A stretch of DNA of 48,513 nt from Burkholderiales bacterium (GCA_964202115.1 CAXNIK010000001.1:1-48513), one strand, 5' to 3'; shown: positions 36,823 to 46,235, counted from the first letter of the stretch. Program-made: numbers and translations. The notes: a model not told the origin generated them from the letters alone.

Positions 36823-36960
36823 ATGCAACAGTTCGAGGACTATGTGACGATGATTGCCGGCCACCTTGGACACGCGGATCGTGTGGGACCGTTTCGCGGC
36901 TACTGCGCGGGGCTGATGCTGCCTGGGGTGCGCAAGAGCGTTGAGCCGATGGGCGTATAG
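36823..36960 (+). mobile_element. IS701/IS4-like DDE transposase N-terminal stump (45 codons)
   Basis: Hand translation gives MQQFEDYVTMIAGHLGHADRVGPFRGYCAGLMLPGVRKSVEPMGV*. The xxLGHxxRxxxxxxYxxGLxxPGxRKSVEPM block is characteristic of IS701-type transposase N-termini. It is cut off at 36957-36960. Confidence 0.55.
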
Positions 36961-37178
36961 GGATTTCAAACCACGTTTTCTCTGATGCGCGACGGTATCG
37001 CCGTCCCGAGAGGCGGTCAATCACGCGGTCTGTGGCAAAGATTCCCCGCTCTCAATGACGATTCGCCCCCTGAATCGACCCGAATTGCCTCACTTCGATG
37101 CGCGCTGCCCCCCGCCACACGAGCACAGGTCGTGAGGGATTGTCAGCCTCGTTGCGGAGCCGTTCTTGCCTTCGGGGA

Positions 37179-37634
37179 TCAGGCGGCTTCGAACAGATCG
37201 AGTCGCCGCGCCGGTGCGCGCGGGGGTGCCCTGGCGGGCAGACCCAGGTGAGTGAGGATCTTCACGATCACCACAGGATCCGCGATGGCGGCGATGATCT
37301 TCATGTCGCCCCCGCACTGCGGGCAGTGTTCGAGGTTCAGGTCGAACACGCGCTTGAGCAGGCGCGCCCAGCCGATGCGCGCCGATGGGTGTGCGTGCTC
37401 CTCGGTGTGTTCACCGGGTTTGTGCGCCGGGCCCGGCACGACCGCCGCGCGCAGCCCGATCGGAAACGACAGCACCCACTGCCTGACCTGCACCTGGGGA
37501 ATCACCTCATCGACAAGGACCGCAGCGCTCTGGGCCATGCGCCGCGCACCGCACGAGCGGCAAAACCCGCGCCGCTTGCAGGAAAACGCCACCAGCTTCT
37601 CGTGCGCGCAGTCGGCACAGCGAGCGTGCATCAA
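37179..37634 (-). mobile_element. IS91-family (Y2/HUH rolling-circle) transposase remnant lacking its central catalytic domain
   Basis: Track ORF of 151 aa. The zinc-binding N-terminal block CADCAHEKLVAFSCKRRGFCRSCGARRMAQSAAVLVDEVIPQVQVRQWVLSFP is joined directly to the C-terminal block RIGWARLLKRVFDLNLEHCPQCGGDMKIIAAIADPVVIVKILTHLGLPARAPP. Full-length proteins are about 400 aa. Confidence 0.7.
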
Positions 37635-37878
37635 ACCGAGAAAGCGCCCGCTACTCCCACTCGATTATTAACGGCATATGTAAGCCGTTGTCGCATTTAG
37701 AAGTTCGTTCTGCGAGTAGCATTTTTACCGTCAGATTTACCGTCAATCTCATCTGATCCCCGAAAAAAGCGCTTTGATCGCTGCGCCGCTTGGAATTCTC
37801 AATATGTGGTGGATCTGCTCAACTTGCAGCGTAACATGCACCTTCGCGGCACAAGCATTTCCACTTTGCGAGGAGGCA

Positions 37879-38853
37879 ATGATGAGAAATCCGTTCTTTG
37901 CAGTTGCTCTGGCCACGACCTTGGCCCTGGCCTCGAGCCTGGCGGTCGCACAAAACTATCCGACCCGGACAGTGACCATCGTCGTGCCGTTTGCCGCGGG
38001 GGCATCCAGCGACATCGAGACGCGCATCTATGCGCAAAAGCTCACCGAATCCCTGGGTCAGACCTTCGTCGCCGATTTCAAGCCCGGCGCCGGCGGCACA
38101 CTGGGCACGGCCTATGTTGCCAAGTCCGCGCCGGACGGCTACACCCTCATGGCCATGAGCGGCGGCTTCAACTCCGCGGCCTCGCTGTATGCCAACCTGC
38201 CCTATGACGCGCAAAAGGACTTCACGCCCATTTCGCTCATGAGCCTGCGCTCCACCGCCATCCTGGTCCATCCGGCGACGCCATACCGGAACGTCCAGGA
38301 ATACGTCGCCTATGCCAAGGCCAATCCAGGCAAGATCAATGTCTCCACCGCCGGCGCGGGTGGTTCACCGCACCTGAATGCCGCCTGGTTTCACGGTCTG
38401 ACCGGCACCGAGGTCACCTTCGTGCACTACAAGGGCACCGCGACTGCGTCCATCGACCTGGTGGCCGGCCGGGTCGATGTGTTCTTCGGCACCCTGCTGA
38501 GCGCCCTGCCCAATCTGAAGTCGGGCAAGGTCAGGGCGATTGCCATAGCCAACGCCCAGCGCAGCCCCCTGATGCCCGATCTGACCACGGCGCAGGAGCA
38601 GGGTGTGCCCGGCTTCGACTACTCCAGCATCTTCGGCATCATCGGCCCGGCGCGCCTGCCGCCACCGGTGTTGAACAGGCTCGCCGGCGAGTTGGCGAAG
38701 ATCGCCAGGATGCCCGACGTCATCAAGAGGATAGAAGCCGACGGTGGCGTAACGGTGGGTAATACCCCGGAGCAGTTCCGCAACCTGATCGCCACGGAAA
38801 TCGTGCGCTATCGCAAGATCATCCAGGACAACAAGGTCAAGCTGGAGGAGTAG
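37879..38853 (+). CDS. Bug/TctC-family periplasmic solute-binding protein
   Basis: Track ORF 37774..38853. I prefer the ATG at 37879 (MMRNPFFAVALATTLALASSLAVAQNYPTRTVTIVVPFAAGASSD), after GAGGAGGC. Confidence 0.9.
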   Translation: MMRNPFFAVALATTLALASSLAVAQNYPTRTVTIVVPFAAGASSDIETRIYAQKLTESLGQTFVADFKPGAGGTLGTAYVAKSAPDGYTLMAMSGGFNSAASLYANLPYDAQKDFTPISLMSLRSTAILVHPATPYRNVQEYVAYAKANPGKINVSTAGAGGSPHLNAAWFHGLTGTEVTFVHYKGTATASIDLVAGRVDVFFGTLLSALPNLKSGKVRAIAIANAQRSPLMPDLTTAQEQGVPGFDYSSIFGIIGPARLPPPVLNRLAGELAKIARMPDVIKRIEADGGVTVGNTPEQFRNLIATEIVRYRKIIQDNKVKLEE

Positions 38854-38865
38854 CGGTCAGCGCGA

Positions 38866-39897
38866 TCAGCTCGCGTTGACCGTCACGGCCTTGCTCACCG
38901 CCCTCGATCCGCCCCAGGTCGGTATGTAAGCGGCTTTCACGCCATGCCCTCCGGCGACGACGATGAGGATGTCCGAGGCTTCCTTGGCAATGCGCACCGG
39001 CGCGTCGGGGTCCAGGCCCGCGGTTTTGCGATGCGCAACCACACGCTCCCGCACCGCATTTGAGAGTCTCTCCAGCGGCAGCCCCGCGTCCTTGAACAGG
39101 GCGGCCTGCACGTCCTCGCGCGACATGCCTTCCTGGTGAAAATGCTGCGCCTGTTCCGGCGGCATGATGACCAGCGGCTGACCGCTGCCCATCATACCCA
39201 TGTTGCCCACGCTGCCCGCGTACACCATGGAGCTGGCGAAGGTGCGTATCAGGTCGGAGGGCTTGCTGCTCACCGAGTCCACGACCTCGATGATGCCGGC
39301 GGCACCGGCCACGGTCACGGCACTCTGGTCCCTGGTGAAACCGCGTGTGGCGTGCAGCGGCAGCCAGGGGCTGGCCTCCTCATTCTCGGCCAGGCAGAAG
39401 GTGTACTTGCCCGGATGACCCAGCGTGGCCATGTCCATCTCGCCGGGCTTGGCCCCGCCGATGTTGCGCAGGATGAGGCTGATGGCCCTGCCTATGGTGG
39501 CATTGGCGCGGTTGCCGGGGCCCAGTGCATTGCCCGCGGCGTTCATGCCGATCTTTGCGACGACCGGTCCGTTGACGATGGTGATGGGCGCCGCTGACCC
39601 CGTGGTGGTCTGTATGCCCAGCAGGTTGTATTCGTTCTCGGCCATGGCCAGCAGCGCCGCGGCGATCACGCCCAGGTACTCAGGCCGGCAGCCCGCCATC
39701 ACGGCGTTTTCGGCGATGCCGCGCCAGGTGGCCTCGCCGAATGCGGGGGCGAGCGTGACCACGACTTCATCTGCGTCCACGTCGTTGCGTTTCAGCATGG
39801 CCTCGACGCGTTCGCGTGTGGGTGGCACCAGCGGCAGCCCGTCGCCCCGATCGGACAGCGCTTCCTGCTCGGCTTCCCATTGGTCGTGTGTGCTCAT
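38866..39897 (-). CDS. Uncharacterised protein, a stand-alone paralogue of the C-terminal domain of the candidate selenoprotein
   Basis: Track ORF 38866..39936. The likely start is ATG 39897 (MSTHDQWEAEQEAL). It shares GDGLPLVPPTRERVE, ENAVMAGCRPEYL, ITIVNGPV and AENEEA blocks with residues ~220-400 of the 4212..5912 product. Confidence 0.75.
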   Translation of the reverse strand: MSTHDQWEAEQEALSDRGDGLPLVPPTRERVEAMLKRNDVDADEVVVTLAPAFGEATWRGIAENAVMAGCRPEYLGVIAAALLAMAENEYNLLGIQTTTGSAAPITIVNGPVVAKIGMNAAGNALGPGNRANATIGRAISLILRNIGGAKPGEMDMATLGHPGKYTFCLAENEEASPWLPLHATRGFTRDQSAVTVAGAAGIIEVVDSVSSKPSDLIRTFASSMVYAGSVGNMGMMGSGQPLVIMPPEQAQHFHQEGMSREDVQAALFKDAGLPLERLSNAVRERVVAHRKTAGLDPDAPVRIAKEASDILIVVAGGHGVKAAYIPTWGGSRAVSKAVTVNAS

Positions 39898-40124
39898 GGC
39901 TTCCCGGTGTCGTGATGTTGAGGTGTCGCTCCCCATTCATCACAAATGGTGATGGGGGGATCAGTACATCCTATTTTACGGCCACAGGCTTTCCTTATAA
40001 GCTGGCAGTGCTTGCAAGTCCGGGTCTGCCCCGCCCGCCCGGACTGAAGAAATAACAACGCCAAGCGAAAGCGCGAGGCAATGCCGCACGCGCTTCTCCC
40101 CATGGCGAAGAACCGGAACTGCCC

Positions 40125-42230
40125 ATGAGCTTCGACCTGCTGTTCAACGCCCGGGGAATCGCCATCATCGGCGCCTCGGACAATCCCTCGCGCTCGGGCA
40201 GCCAGCCCATCGCGGCGCTGAAAAGCGGCGGCTACAAGGGCGGCATCTACCCGGTCAATCCGCGCTACCAGGAGATCGGCGGCTACAAGTGTTATGCCTC
40301 ACCCGCAGACATCAGGGAGCCGGTGGACATCGCGGTGATCGCCCTGCCGGCGGCCGGAGCGGTGGACATGGTCAAGACCTGCGGCGAGCTGGGCATCGGC
40401 TATGGTGTGGTGCTGGGTGGGGGCTTTCGCGAAGTCGGCCCGGAAGGCCTGGCGCTGCAGAACCAGCTTGTGGCCAACGCACGGGCGCATGGCATGCGCC
40501 TCATCGGACCCAATTGCAACGGCATCGCCAATATCCACTCGCGCATGTATGCCTGCTTCGGCAGCATGTCGCGGCCGCCGCGGCTGAAGGCCGGGCCGGT
40601 GTCCATGGTGATGCAAAGCGGGGGCTTCGGCTATGGCATGGCGCTGGCCTGCCGCAACGAGAACATCGGCTTTCGCATGCTTATCGCCAGCGGCAATGAG
40701 GCCGATCTCACCGCGCCCGAACTGATCGACGCGCTGGTCGATGATCCGCAGACCGAGATCATCCTCGCCTATCTGGAAGGCGTGATGGACGGGCGCGCGC
40801 TGCTGGCCGCCGGTGATCGCGCTCTGTCCGCGGGCAAGCCGCTGCTGGTGTGGAAGGCGGGCAAGGGCCGCCAGGGACTGCGCGCCGCGGCCACGCACAC
40901 CGCCAACATGACCGGCAGCTACGACGTGTGGAGGGCGGCCTTCCGCCAGCACGGCATCATCGATCTCACCGAGATGGAACAGATCACCGACACCATTCAG
41001 GCTTTTGCTGCGAAGCGCTTGCCGCGCGGCCGCAACATCGCCGTGCTTACGCCTTCCGGCGGTTCGGCGGTGGTGGTGTCGGACGCCGCCGACCAGTTCG
41101 GGCTGACACTCCTCGCGCCCGGCGAGCAGACCGCTGCCGGCCTGCGCCAGGCGCTGCCCCATGCGCATACGCATGCCAATCCCATCGATATCGGTGCGGG
41201 CGGGATCAGCCCGGCGAACCGCGCCAATGTGGCCAGGGCGCTGGATGTGCTCCTGGCTGATCCGGACATCCACCAGGTGTTTCTCATGACGCCGACCTCG
41301 GTGGGCGATCGCGCCATCACCGGGGCGCAGATCATGGCCGAGGCAAGTAAGCGCACCGACAAGCCCTTGCTGGTGTTCTCAACGCTTCTGCGCGACATCA
41401 TCGCCGAGACGCTGGACGCCTTTGCCGCGGCCAACATACCGGTGCTGCGCTCGCCGGTGCGGGTGGCGCGTGCCGGTGGCATGCTCGCCGACTATGCCGA
41501 GGCGCGCAGCGCCCTGGCGAGCAGGCTTGCGCGGGGCGGTGAAGCAGCCTCTGCCAAAGGCATGGCCATCGCCGGCAGCGGAACCCTGGACGAGGCTCGC
41601 AGCAAGGCAGTGCTGGCGGCCGCGGGCCTGCGTGTGACCCGCGATGTGGTGCTGGCAGCCGATGGCAGCGCGGCGATCCCCGAGTTCGACTATCCGGTCG
41701 CAGTCAAGGTGCTGTCCCCGGACATCGCGCACAAGACCGATGTGGGCGGCGTGATGCTCAATGTCGCCGATGCGGCGGCGTTGAAGGCGGCCACGCAGAC
41801 AGTCATTGCCAATGCGCGCCGCGCGAAAGCCGATGCGCGCATCGAAGGCGTGCTGGTGTCGGAGATGATCACCGATGCCGTGGAAGTCATCGTCGGTGTC
41901 ATCAACGATGAGGTATTCGGCCCGGTGTTGATGCTGGGCATGGGCGGCGTGCTGGCCGAGGCGATGCGCGATGTCACTTACCGAGTTGCGCCCGTGGAAC
42001 TTGAAGAGGCGCAGCAGATGCTAGGCGAGTTGCGCGCGGCCAGCGTGTTCAGCGGCCTGCGCGGACGCCCGCCCTGCGATACCGCCGCCCTGGCGCAGGC
42101 GCTGGTGGCCGTGTCGCGCCTCGCCTGGGAGCAGCGCGAGCGCATCGCCGGGCTGGACATCAATCCACTCATGGTTCGTCCCGCCGGCCACGGCGTCGTT
42201 GCCGCGGACGCCCTGATCGTGCTGCGCTGA
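40125..42230 (+). CDS. ADP-forming acetate/acyl-CoA ligase family protein (CoA-binding + ligase-CoA + ATP-grasp)
   Basis: Track ORF of 701 aa. ARGIAIIGASDNPSRSG, PVNPRYQEIGGYKCY, LIGPNCNGI and the C-terminal ATP-grasp region (YPVAVKVLSPDIAHKTDVGGV). Confidence 0.88.
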   Translation: MSFDLLFNARGIAIIGASDNPSRSGSQPIAALKSGGYKGGIYPVNPRYQEIGGYKCYASPADIREPVDIAVIALPAAGAVDMVKTCGELGIGYGVVLGGGFREVGPEGLALQNQLVANARAHGMRLIGPNCNGIANIHSRMYACFGSMSRPPRLKAGPVSMVMQSGGFGYGMALACRNENIGFRMLIASGNEADLTAPELIDALVDDPQTEIILAYLEGVMDGRALLAAGDRALSAGKPLLVWKAGKGRQGLRAAATHTANMTGSYDVWRAAFRQHGIIDLTEMEQITDTIQAFAAKRLPRGRNIAVLTPSGGSAVVVSDAADQFGLTLLAPGEQTAAGLRQALPHAHTHANPIDIGAGGISPANRANVARALDVLLADPDIHQVFLMTPTSVGDRAITGAQIMAEASKRTDKPLLVFSTLLRDIIAETLDAFAAANIPVLRSPVRVARAGGMLADYAEARSALASRLARGGEAASAKGMAIAGSGTLDEARSKAVLAAAGLRVTRDVVLAADGSAAIPEFDYPVAVKVLSPDIAHKTDVGGVMLNVADAAALKAATQTVIANARRAKADARIEGVLVSEMITDAVEVIVGVINDEVFGPVLMLGMGGVLAEAMRDVTYRVAPVELEEAQQMLGELRAASVFSGLRGRPPCDTAALAQALVAVSRLAWEQRERIAGLDINPLMVRPAGHGVVAADALIVLR

Positions 42231-42281
42231 GCTTGCCGATTTGCGATACAACTTTTCACCAACCCTGAAATAGGACCCGCC

Positions 42282-43082
42282 ATGGACCAGACCCCGAAAT
42301 CCCTCATCCTGTATGAATGTTCCGACCGCATTGCCACCATCACCCTGAACAAGCCGGAGCGGCTCAATGCCTTCGACGACGACATGGTGCGGCAATTGAT
42401 GGCGGCACTGCGCCGATTTGACATGGATGACGATGCCTGGACCGCCATCATCTGCGGCAACGGCCGAGCCTTTACCAGCGGCGCCGATGTGAAGGTGCGG
42501 CAGGCGCGTCCCAGGGAAGACCTGAAGAGGACCGGCGGTGCCTCGGCGCAGGACGCCAAGAGCTCGGACATCTTTGCCCGGTCGATCAACTGGAAGCCGG
42601 TGATCTCGGCGGTGCACGGCTATGCGCTGGGCCTGGGCATCACGCTCGCCTTCGATGCCGACATGTGCGTGGCCGATACCACCGCCAAGTTCCAGATCAC
42701 CGAAACGCCGCGCGGCCTGGCCAGCTCCGGCAAGCTGATCAATGTCATGTCCTATCGCGGCCTGGGCAGCTTCGCCGTGGACGTGAGCATCACCGGGCGC
42801 TTCTTCACCGCCGAGGAGGCGCACAAGGCGGGGGTCATCGATCGCCTGGCGCCGGAGGGGAAGCACATCGAGGTGGCGCGCGAACTGGCGCAGACCATCA
42901 ACAAGAATCCGCCGCTGGCGGTGCGCGCCTGCATCGCACAGCGGCGCTGGGAGCTGGAGGATCGCAAGGCACAGGCCTTGCGCTATGCCAGCCTGAACAA
43001 GCTCTATCTGAGCGAGGACTTTGCCGAAGCCGCGCGCGCCTTCGTCGAGAAGCGTCCGCCCAAGCCGTTCAACGCGCGCTGA
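42282..43082 (+). CDS. Enoyl-CoA hydratase/isomerase (crotonase) family protein
   Basis: Track ORF of 266 aa. ITLNKPERLNAF and GNGRAFTSGADV (oxyanion-hole region). Confidence 0.88.
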   Translation: MDQTPKSLILYECSDRIATITLNKPERLNAFDDDMVRQLMAALRRFDMDDDAWTAIICGNGRAFTSGADVKVRQARPREDLKRTGGASAQDAKSSDIFARSINWKPVISAVHGYALGLGITLAFDADMCVADTTAKFQITETPRGLASSGKLINVMSYRGLGSFAVDVSITGRFFTAEEAHKAGVIDRLAPEGKHIEVARELAQTINKNPPLAVRACIAQRRWELEDRKAQALRYASLNKLYLSEDFAEAARAFVEKRPPKPFNAR

Positions 43083-43097
43083 GATTGAAACAGGGGC

Positions 43098-44057
43098 CTA
43101 CTCCGCCTTGATGGCCAGGTCCTTGATCAGCTTGCCCAGCACTGCCATGTCGGTCTTGACCGTGGCCGCCAGTTCCTCGGGCGAGGATCCGACGGTCTCC
43201 AGGCCCAGGTCGAAGAAGCGCGCCTTGGTATCGGCCAGGCCCAGATAGGCCACGATGTCCTGGTTCAGCCGGCCGATGATGGCCGGCTGAGTTCCCGCCG
43301 TGGCGAAAATGCCGTGGACCTGCCTGGATTCGTATCCTGGCAGGCCTGAGGAGGCCACCGTCGGCAGGCCGGCGCCCAGCGGAGAGGGTTTCAGCGTGGT
43401 CACTGCCAGGGCGCGCAGCTTGCCGGTCTTGATGTGGCCGGAAACGGAGGCGGCCGCCGGAAACATGAACTGGATGCGGCCGGCCATCATGTCGCTGAGC
43501 GCAGAGGCCGCCCCCTTGTACTTGATTCCGACCGCGTTGACCCCAGTCATTTTCTTGAACAGTTCCGCTGCCAGGTGATTGCCAGACCCGGCGGAGGCCG
43601 TGCCGTAGTTCAGCTCCCCGGGTCTTGCCTTGGCCAGGGCGATGAGCTCCTGCACGCTGTTCGCCGGGACGCTGTTGTTCACCACCAGGACATTGGGGGA
43701 GCTCGAGGACAGCGTGATCGGTGCGAAGTCCTTGAGCGGATCCCAGCTGATATCCTCCTGGAGGAAGGGTTGCAGCCAGATGCTGCTGCCGTAGAACATC
43801 AGGGTGTAACCGTCGGGCGGGGACTTGGCGAGCATGTCGCCGGCGAGCGCCGGCCCGGGCCGATTGATCACCACCACGGTCTGTCCCAGCCTGGTACTCA
43901 GGCCTTGCGCCACCAGCCGCGCGGGAATGTCATTGGCGCCGCCGGCCTCGGCGGCAATCATGCGAATGGGCCTGACCGGATATTGCTGAGCTGCGAGTTC
44001 TGCTGCCGTCAGCAGCGACAGCACGCACCATGTCCAGAGCATTGAGCGCATCAGCAT
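43098..44057 (-). CDS. Bug/TctC-family periplasmic solute-binding protein
   Basis: Track ORF of 319 aa. MLMRSMLWTWCVLSLLTAAELAAQQYPVRPIRMI, PPDGYTLM and IKYKGAASA. AGGAG precedes it. Confidence 0.88.
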   Translation of the reverse strand: MLMRSMLWTWCVLSLLTAAELAAQQYPVRPIRMIAAEAGGANDIPARLVAQGLSTRLGQTVVVINRPGPALAGDMLAKSPPDGYTLMFYGSSIWLQPFLQEDISWDPLKDFAPITLSSSSPNVLVVNNSVPANSVQELIALAKARPGELNYGTASAGSGNHLAAELFKKMTGVNAVGIKYKGAASALSDMMAGRIQFMFPAAASVSGHIKTGKLRALAVTTLKPSPLGAGLPTVASSGLPGYESRQVHGIFATAGTQPAIIGRLNQDIVAYLGLADTKARFFDLGLETVGSSPEELAATVKTDMAVLGKLIKDLAIKAE

Positions 44058-44137
44058 GAATTACTCCTGTTCGGTACCGTTATCGCCGGCAAGCGTCAGC
44101 TTACCGGCGAAGATTTGATGGGGAAAATATGTTTTAT

Positions 44138-45088
44138 TTATGCGGCCATCACGCGCCGTGATGATCGCTTCTTCGGCGTAATGCCGGTCCAGCCGGTTTC
44201 TGCCATCAGCTTGCGCACCTCATCGCGGATGATGTCTCGCGCCACGCTGGCCACGGGTGACATCAGCTCGGTGGACAGGGAGCAGAGGAAGTTGGGGCGG
44301 AACAGCTCCCTGTCGGTGATCTCGGAATAGCACACCTGATCGGCCAGGCGGTGCACCGCCGACCAGGGTTGTATGGTCTCGGCCACGCCGTTGACCACCG
44401 CCTCCATGAGCACATTGACCGAATCGACCTCGGCGATGATGTTGGGCCGCAGTTTCTGCTGCGACAGGGCGGCATCCAGCGTCTGGCGGAAACCGTGCAC
44501 CCGCGTGGGTAGTATCAGCGGGTGTGTCGCGGCCTTCTTCAGGCTGATGCGTGGCGGCGTGGCCGCTCCCTTCTTGCCGATGAGGTAGATGCGCTCGTCG
44601 GCCAGGGGGATGCGCTCGATGTCGCGCGACAGCCTGGGATTGAACAGGATGGCCAGATCGAGCTTGCGCGACAGCAGCATCTTTTCCAGGTCGCCGGCAA
44701 AGCTTTCCACGATGTTGAGCACGATGCCCGGATGCTCGCTCCGGAACAGGCGCAGGATGCTGTACCCAAGCGCCGAGGCCGTGGTGGGGGCGAAGCCGAT
44801 GCTCACGGCGCCGACCAGGGGCAGCGGCTTGGATTTCAACTGCACCGCCGAGCGCGCGTGCTCGAGCTGCCGCAGCACCGAACGCACGTACTGATACAGC
44901 ACGCGGCCGGCTTCGGTGGGCACGATGCCCTTGGAGGAGCGCACCAGCAGTTTCACGCCCAGTTCGCTCTCCAGGCGCGCCAGCTGCTGGCTGAGCGCCG
45001 GCTGCACGATGGACAGGGCCGCCGCGGCGCGGGTGATGTTGCCGGTCTCGAAGGTCCGGGCGAAATAGCGCAACTGGCGGATTTCCAT
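44138..45088 (-). CDS. LysR-family transcriptional regulator
   Basis: Track ORF 44138..45145. The canonical LysR start MEIRQLRYFARTFETGNITRAAAALSIVQPALSQQLARLE begins at ATG 45088. It is divergent from the Bug gene at 45236. Confidence 0.88.
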   Translation of the reverse strand: MEIRQLRYFARTFETGNITRAAAALSIVQPALSQQLARLESELGVKLLVRSSKGIVPTEAGRVLYQYVRSVLRQLEHARSAVQLKSKPLPLVGAVSIGFAPTTASALGYSILRLFRSEHPGIVLNIVESFAGDLEKMLLSRKLDLAILFNPRLSRDIERIPLADERIYLIGKKGAATPPRISLKKAATHPLILPTRVHGFRQTLDAALSQQKLRPNIIAEVDSVNVLMEAVVNGVAETIQPWSAVHRLADQVCYSEITDRELFRPNFLCSLSTELMSPVASVARDIIRDEVRKLMAETGWTGITPKKRSSRRVMAA

Positions 45089-45235
45089 GGCTGCTTGACT
45101 TTGCTGATATGCCTGAAGCAGGCTTGTTGCTACATCACGGATCATGATGCCACGATCACTTGATATTATTTTACTCTTATGGCCTTCCCGTCTAGTCTTG
45201 GCATTTGGTCAACGCATTGACAAAGGAGCTGTGCC

Positions 45236-46219
45236 ATGAAGAAATCTGCATGCCTGAGTTGGGTCTGGCTGGGCGCGCTGCTCATCCTGGGGCAGGCTGT
45301 CGCGCAGGGGAGCGCGGACCCCTATCCGGCGCGCCCGGTGACCGTGATCGCCAGCATCGCGGCGGGAGGCCCCATAGACCTGGAAGCGCGTCTCTACCTC
45401 CCGCGCATCAGCACCCTGCTGGGTCAATCCTTCGTCATGGACTTCAAGCCCGGTGCTGCCGGCTCCATAGGCTCGGGCTACGTGGCCAAGTCCCGGCCGG
45501 ATGGCTACACCCTGCTGGTCACTTCCGCCGGATTCACGGTGTTTCCGGCGTTCTACAAGGACCTGACCTTCGATGTGGTGAAGGACTTCGCGCCCATATC
45601 GGCCATGAGCGAGCGCGCCTCGGTGCTGATGGTGCCGGCCGCCTTCCCGGTGAAGTCCTTCACTGAATACATCGCCTATGCAAAAGCCAATCCCGGCAGG
45701 ATCAACTACGGCACCACGGGTGTGGGCAGCATCACCCATCTGGCCGGGGCGTGGATGCACGGCGCGACCAATACCCGCGTGACTTACATTCCCTACAAGG
45801 GCACCGGGCCGTTGCTGGTGGAACTGGTGGCTGGCCGTGTGGATGTGGCCTCCGGCACGCTGATCGCGGCCCTGCCGCTGGTGAAGACCGGCAAGGTGCG
45901 TCCCATTGCCCTGCTCAACGCCAGGCGCTCGCCCAAACTGCCTGATGTCGCGACGGTGGCCGAGCAGGGCGTGCCCGGCTACAACTACCAGAACTGGGTG
46001 GGCTTTCTCGCCCCGGGCGGGACACCCGCGGCCATCGTCAACAAGCTGGGAGAAGGTTTCGCTCGGGTTGCGCGCATGGCCGAGGTGATTGCCACGCTGG
46101 ATGCGGAGGGCAGCGCTGCCGTGGGCAATACGCCGGCGCAGTTCAGCCGGCAGATCGCCACCGAGACCGCGCTGTGGCAGAAGATCGTCCAGGATAACGG
46201 CATCAAGCTCGAGGAATAG
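45236..46219 (+). CDS. Bug/TctC-family periplasmic solute-binding protein
   Basis: Track ORF of 327 aa. MKKSACLSWVWLGALLILGQAVAQGSADPYPARPVTVI, RPDGYTLL and IPYKGTGP. AAGGAG precedes it. Confidence 0.9.
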   Translation: MKKSACLSWVWLGALLILGQAVAQGSADPYPARPVTVIASIAAGGPIDLEARLYLPRISTLLGQSFVMDFKPGAAGSIGSGYVAKSRPDGYTLLVTSAGFTVFPAFYKDLTFDVVKDFAPISAMSERASVLMVPAAFPVKSFTEYIAYAKANPGRINYGTTGVGSITHLAGAWMHGATNTRVTYIPYKGTGPLLVELVAGRVDVASGTLIAALPLVKTGKVRPIALLNARRSPKLPDVATVAEQGVPGYNYQNWVGFLAPGGTPAAIVNKLGEGFARVARMAEVIATLDAEGSAAVGNTPAQFSRQIATETALWQKIVQDNGIKLEE

Positions 46220-46235
46220 GCCACGCGGTGCTTAC

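Noticed and set aside
40299-42866. Minus-strand ORFs 40299-41273 (324 aa), 41978-42589 (203 aa) and 42021-42866 (281 aa)
   Set aside because: They are antisense to the ADP-forming acyl-CoA ligase and enoyl-CoA hydratase genes and have no motifs or start signals.
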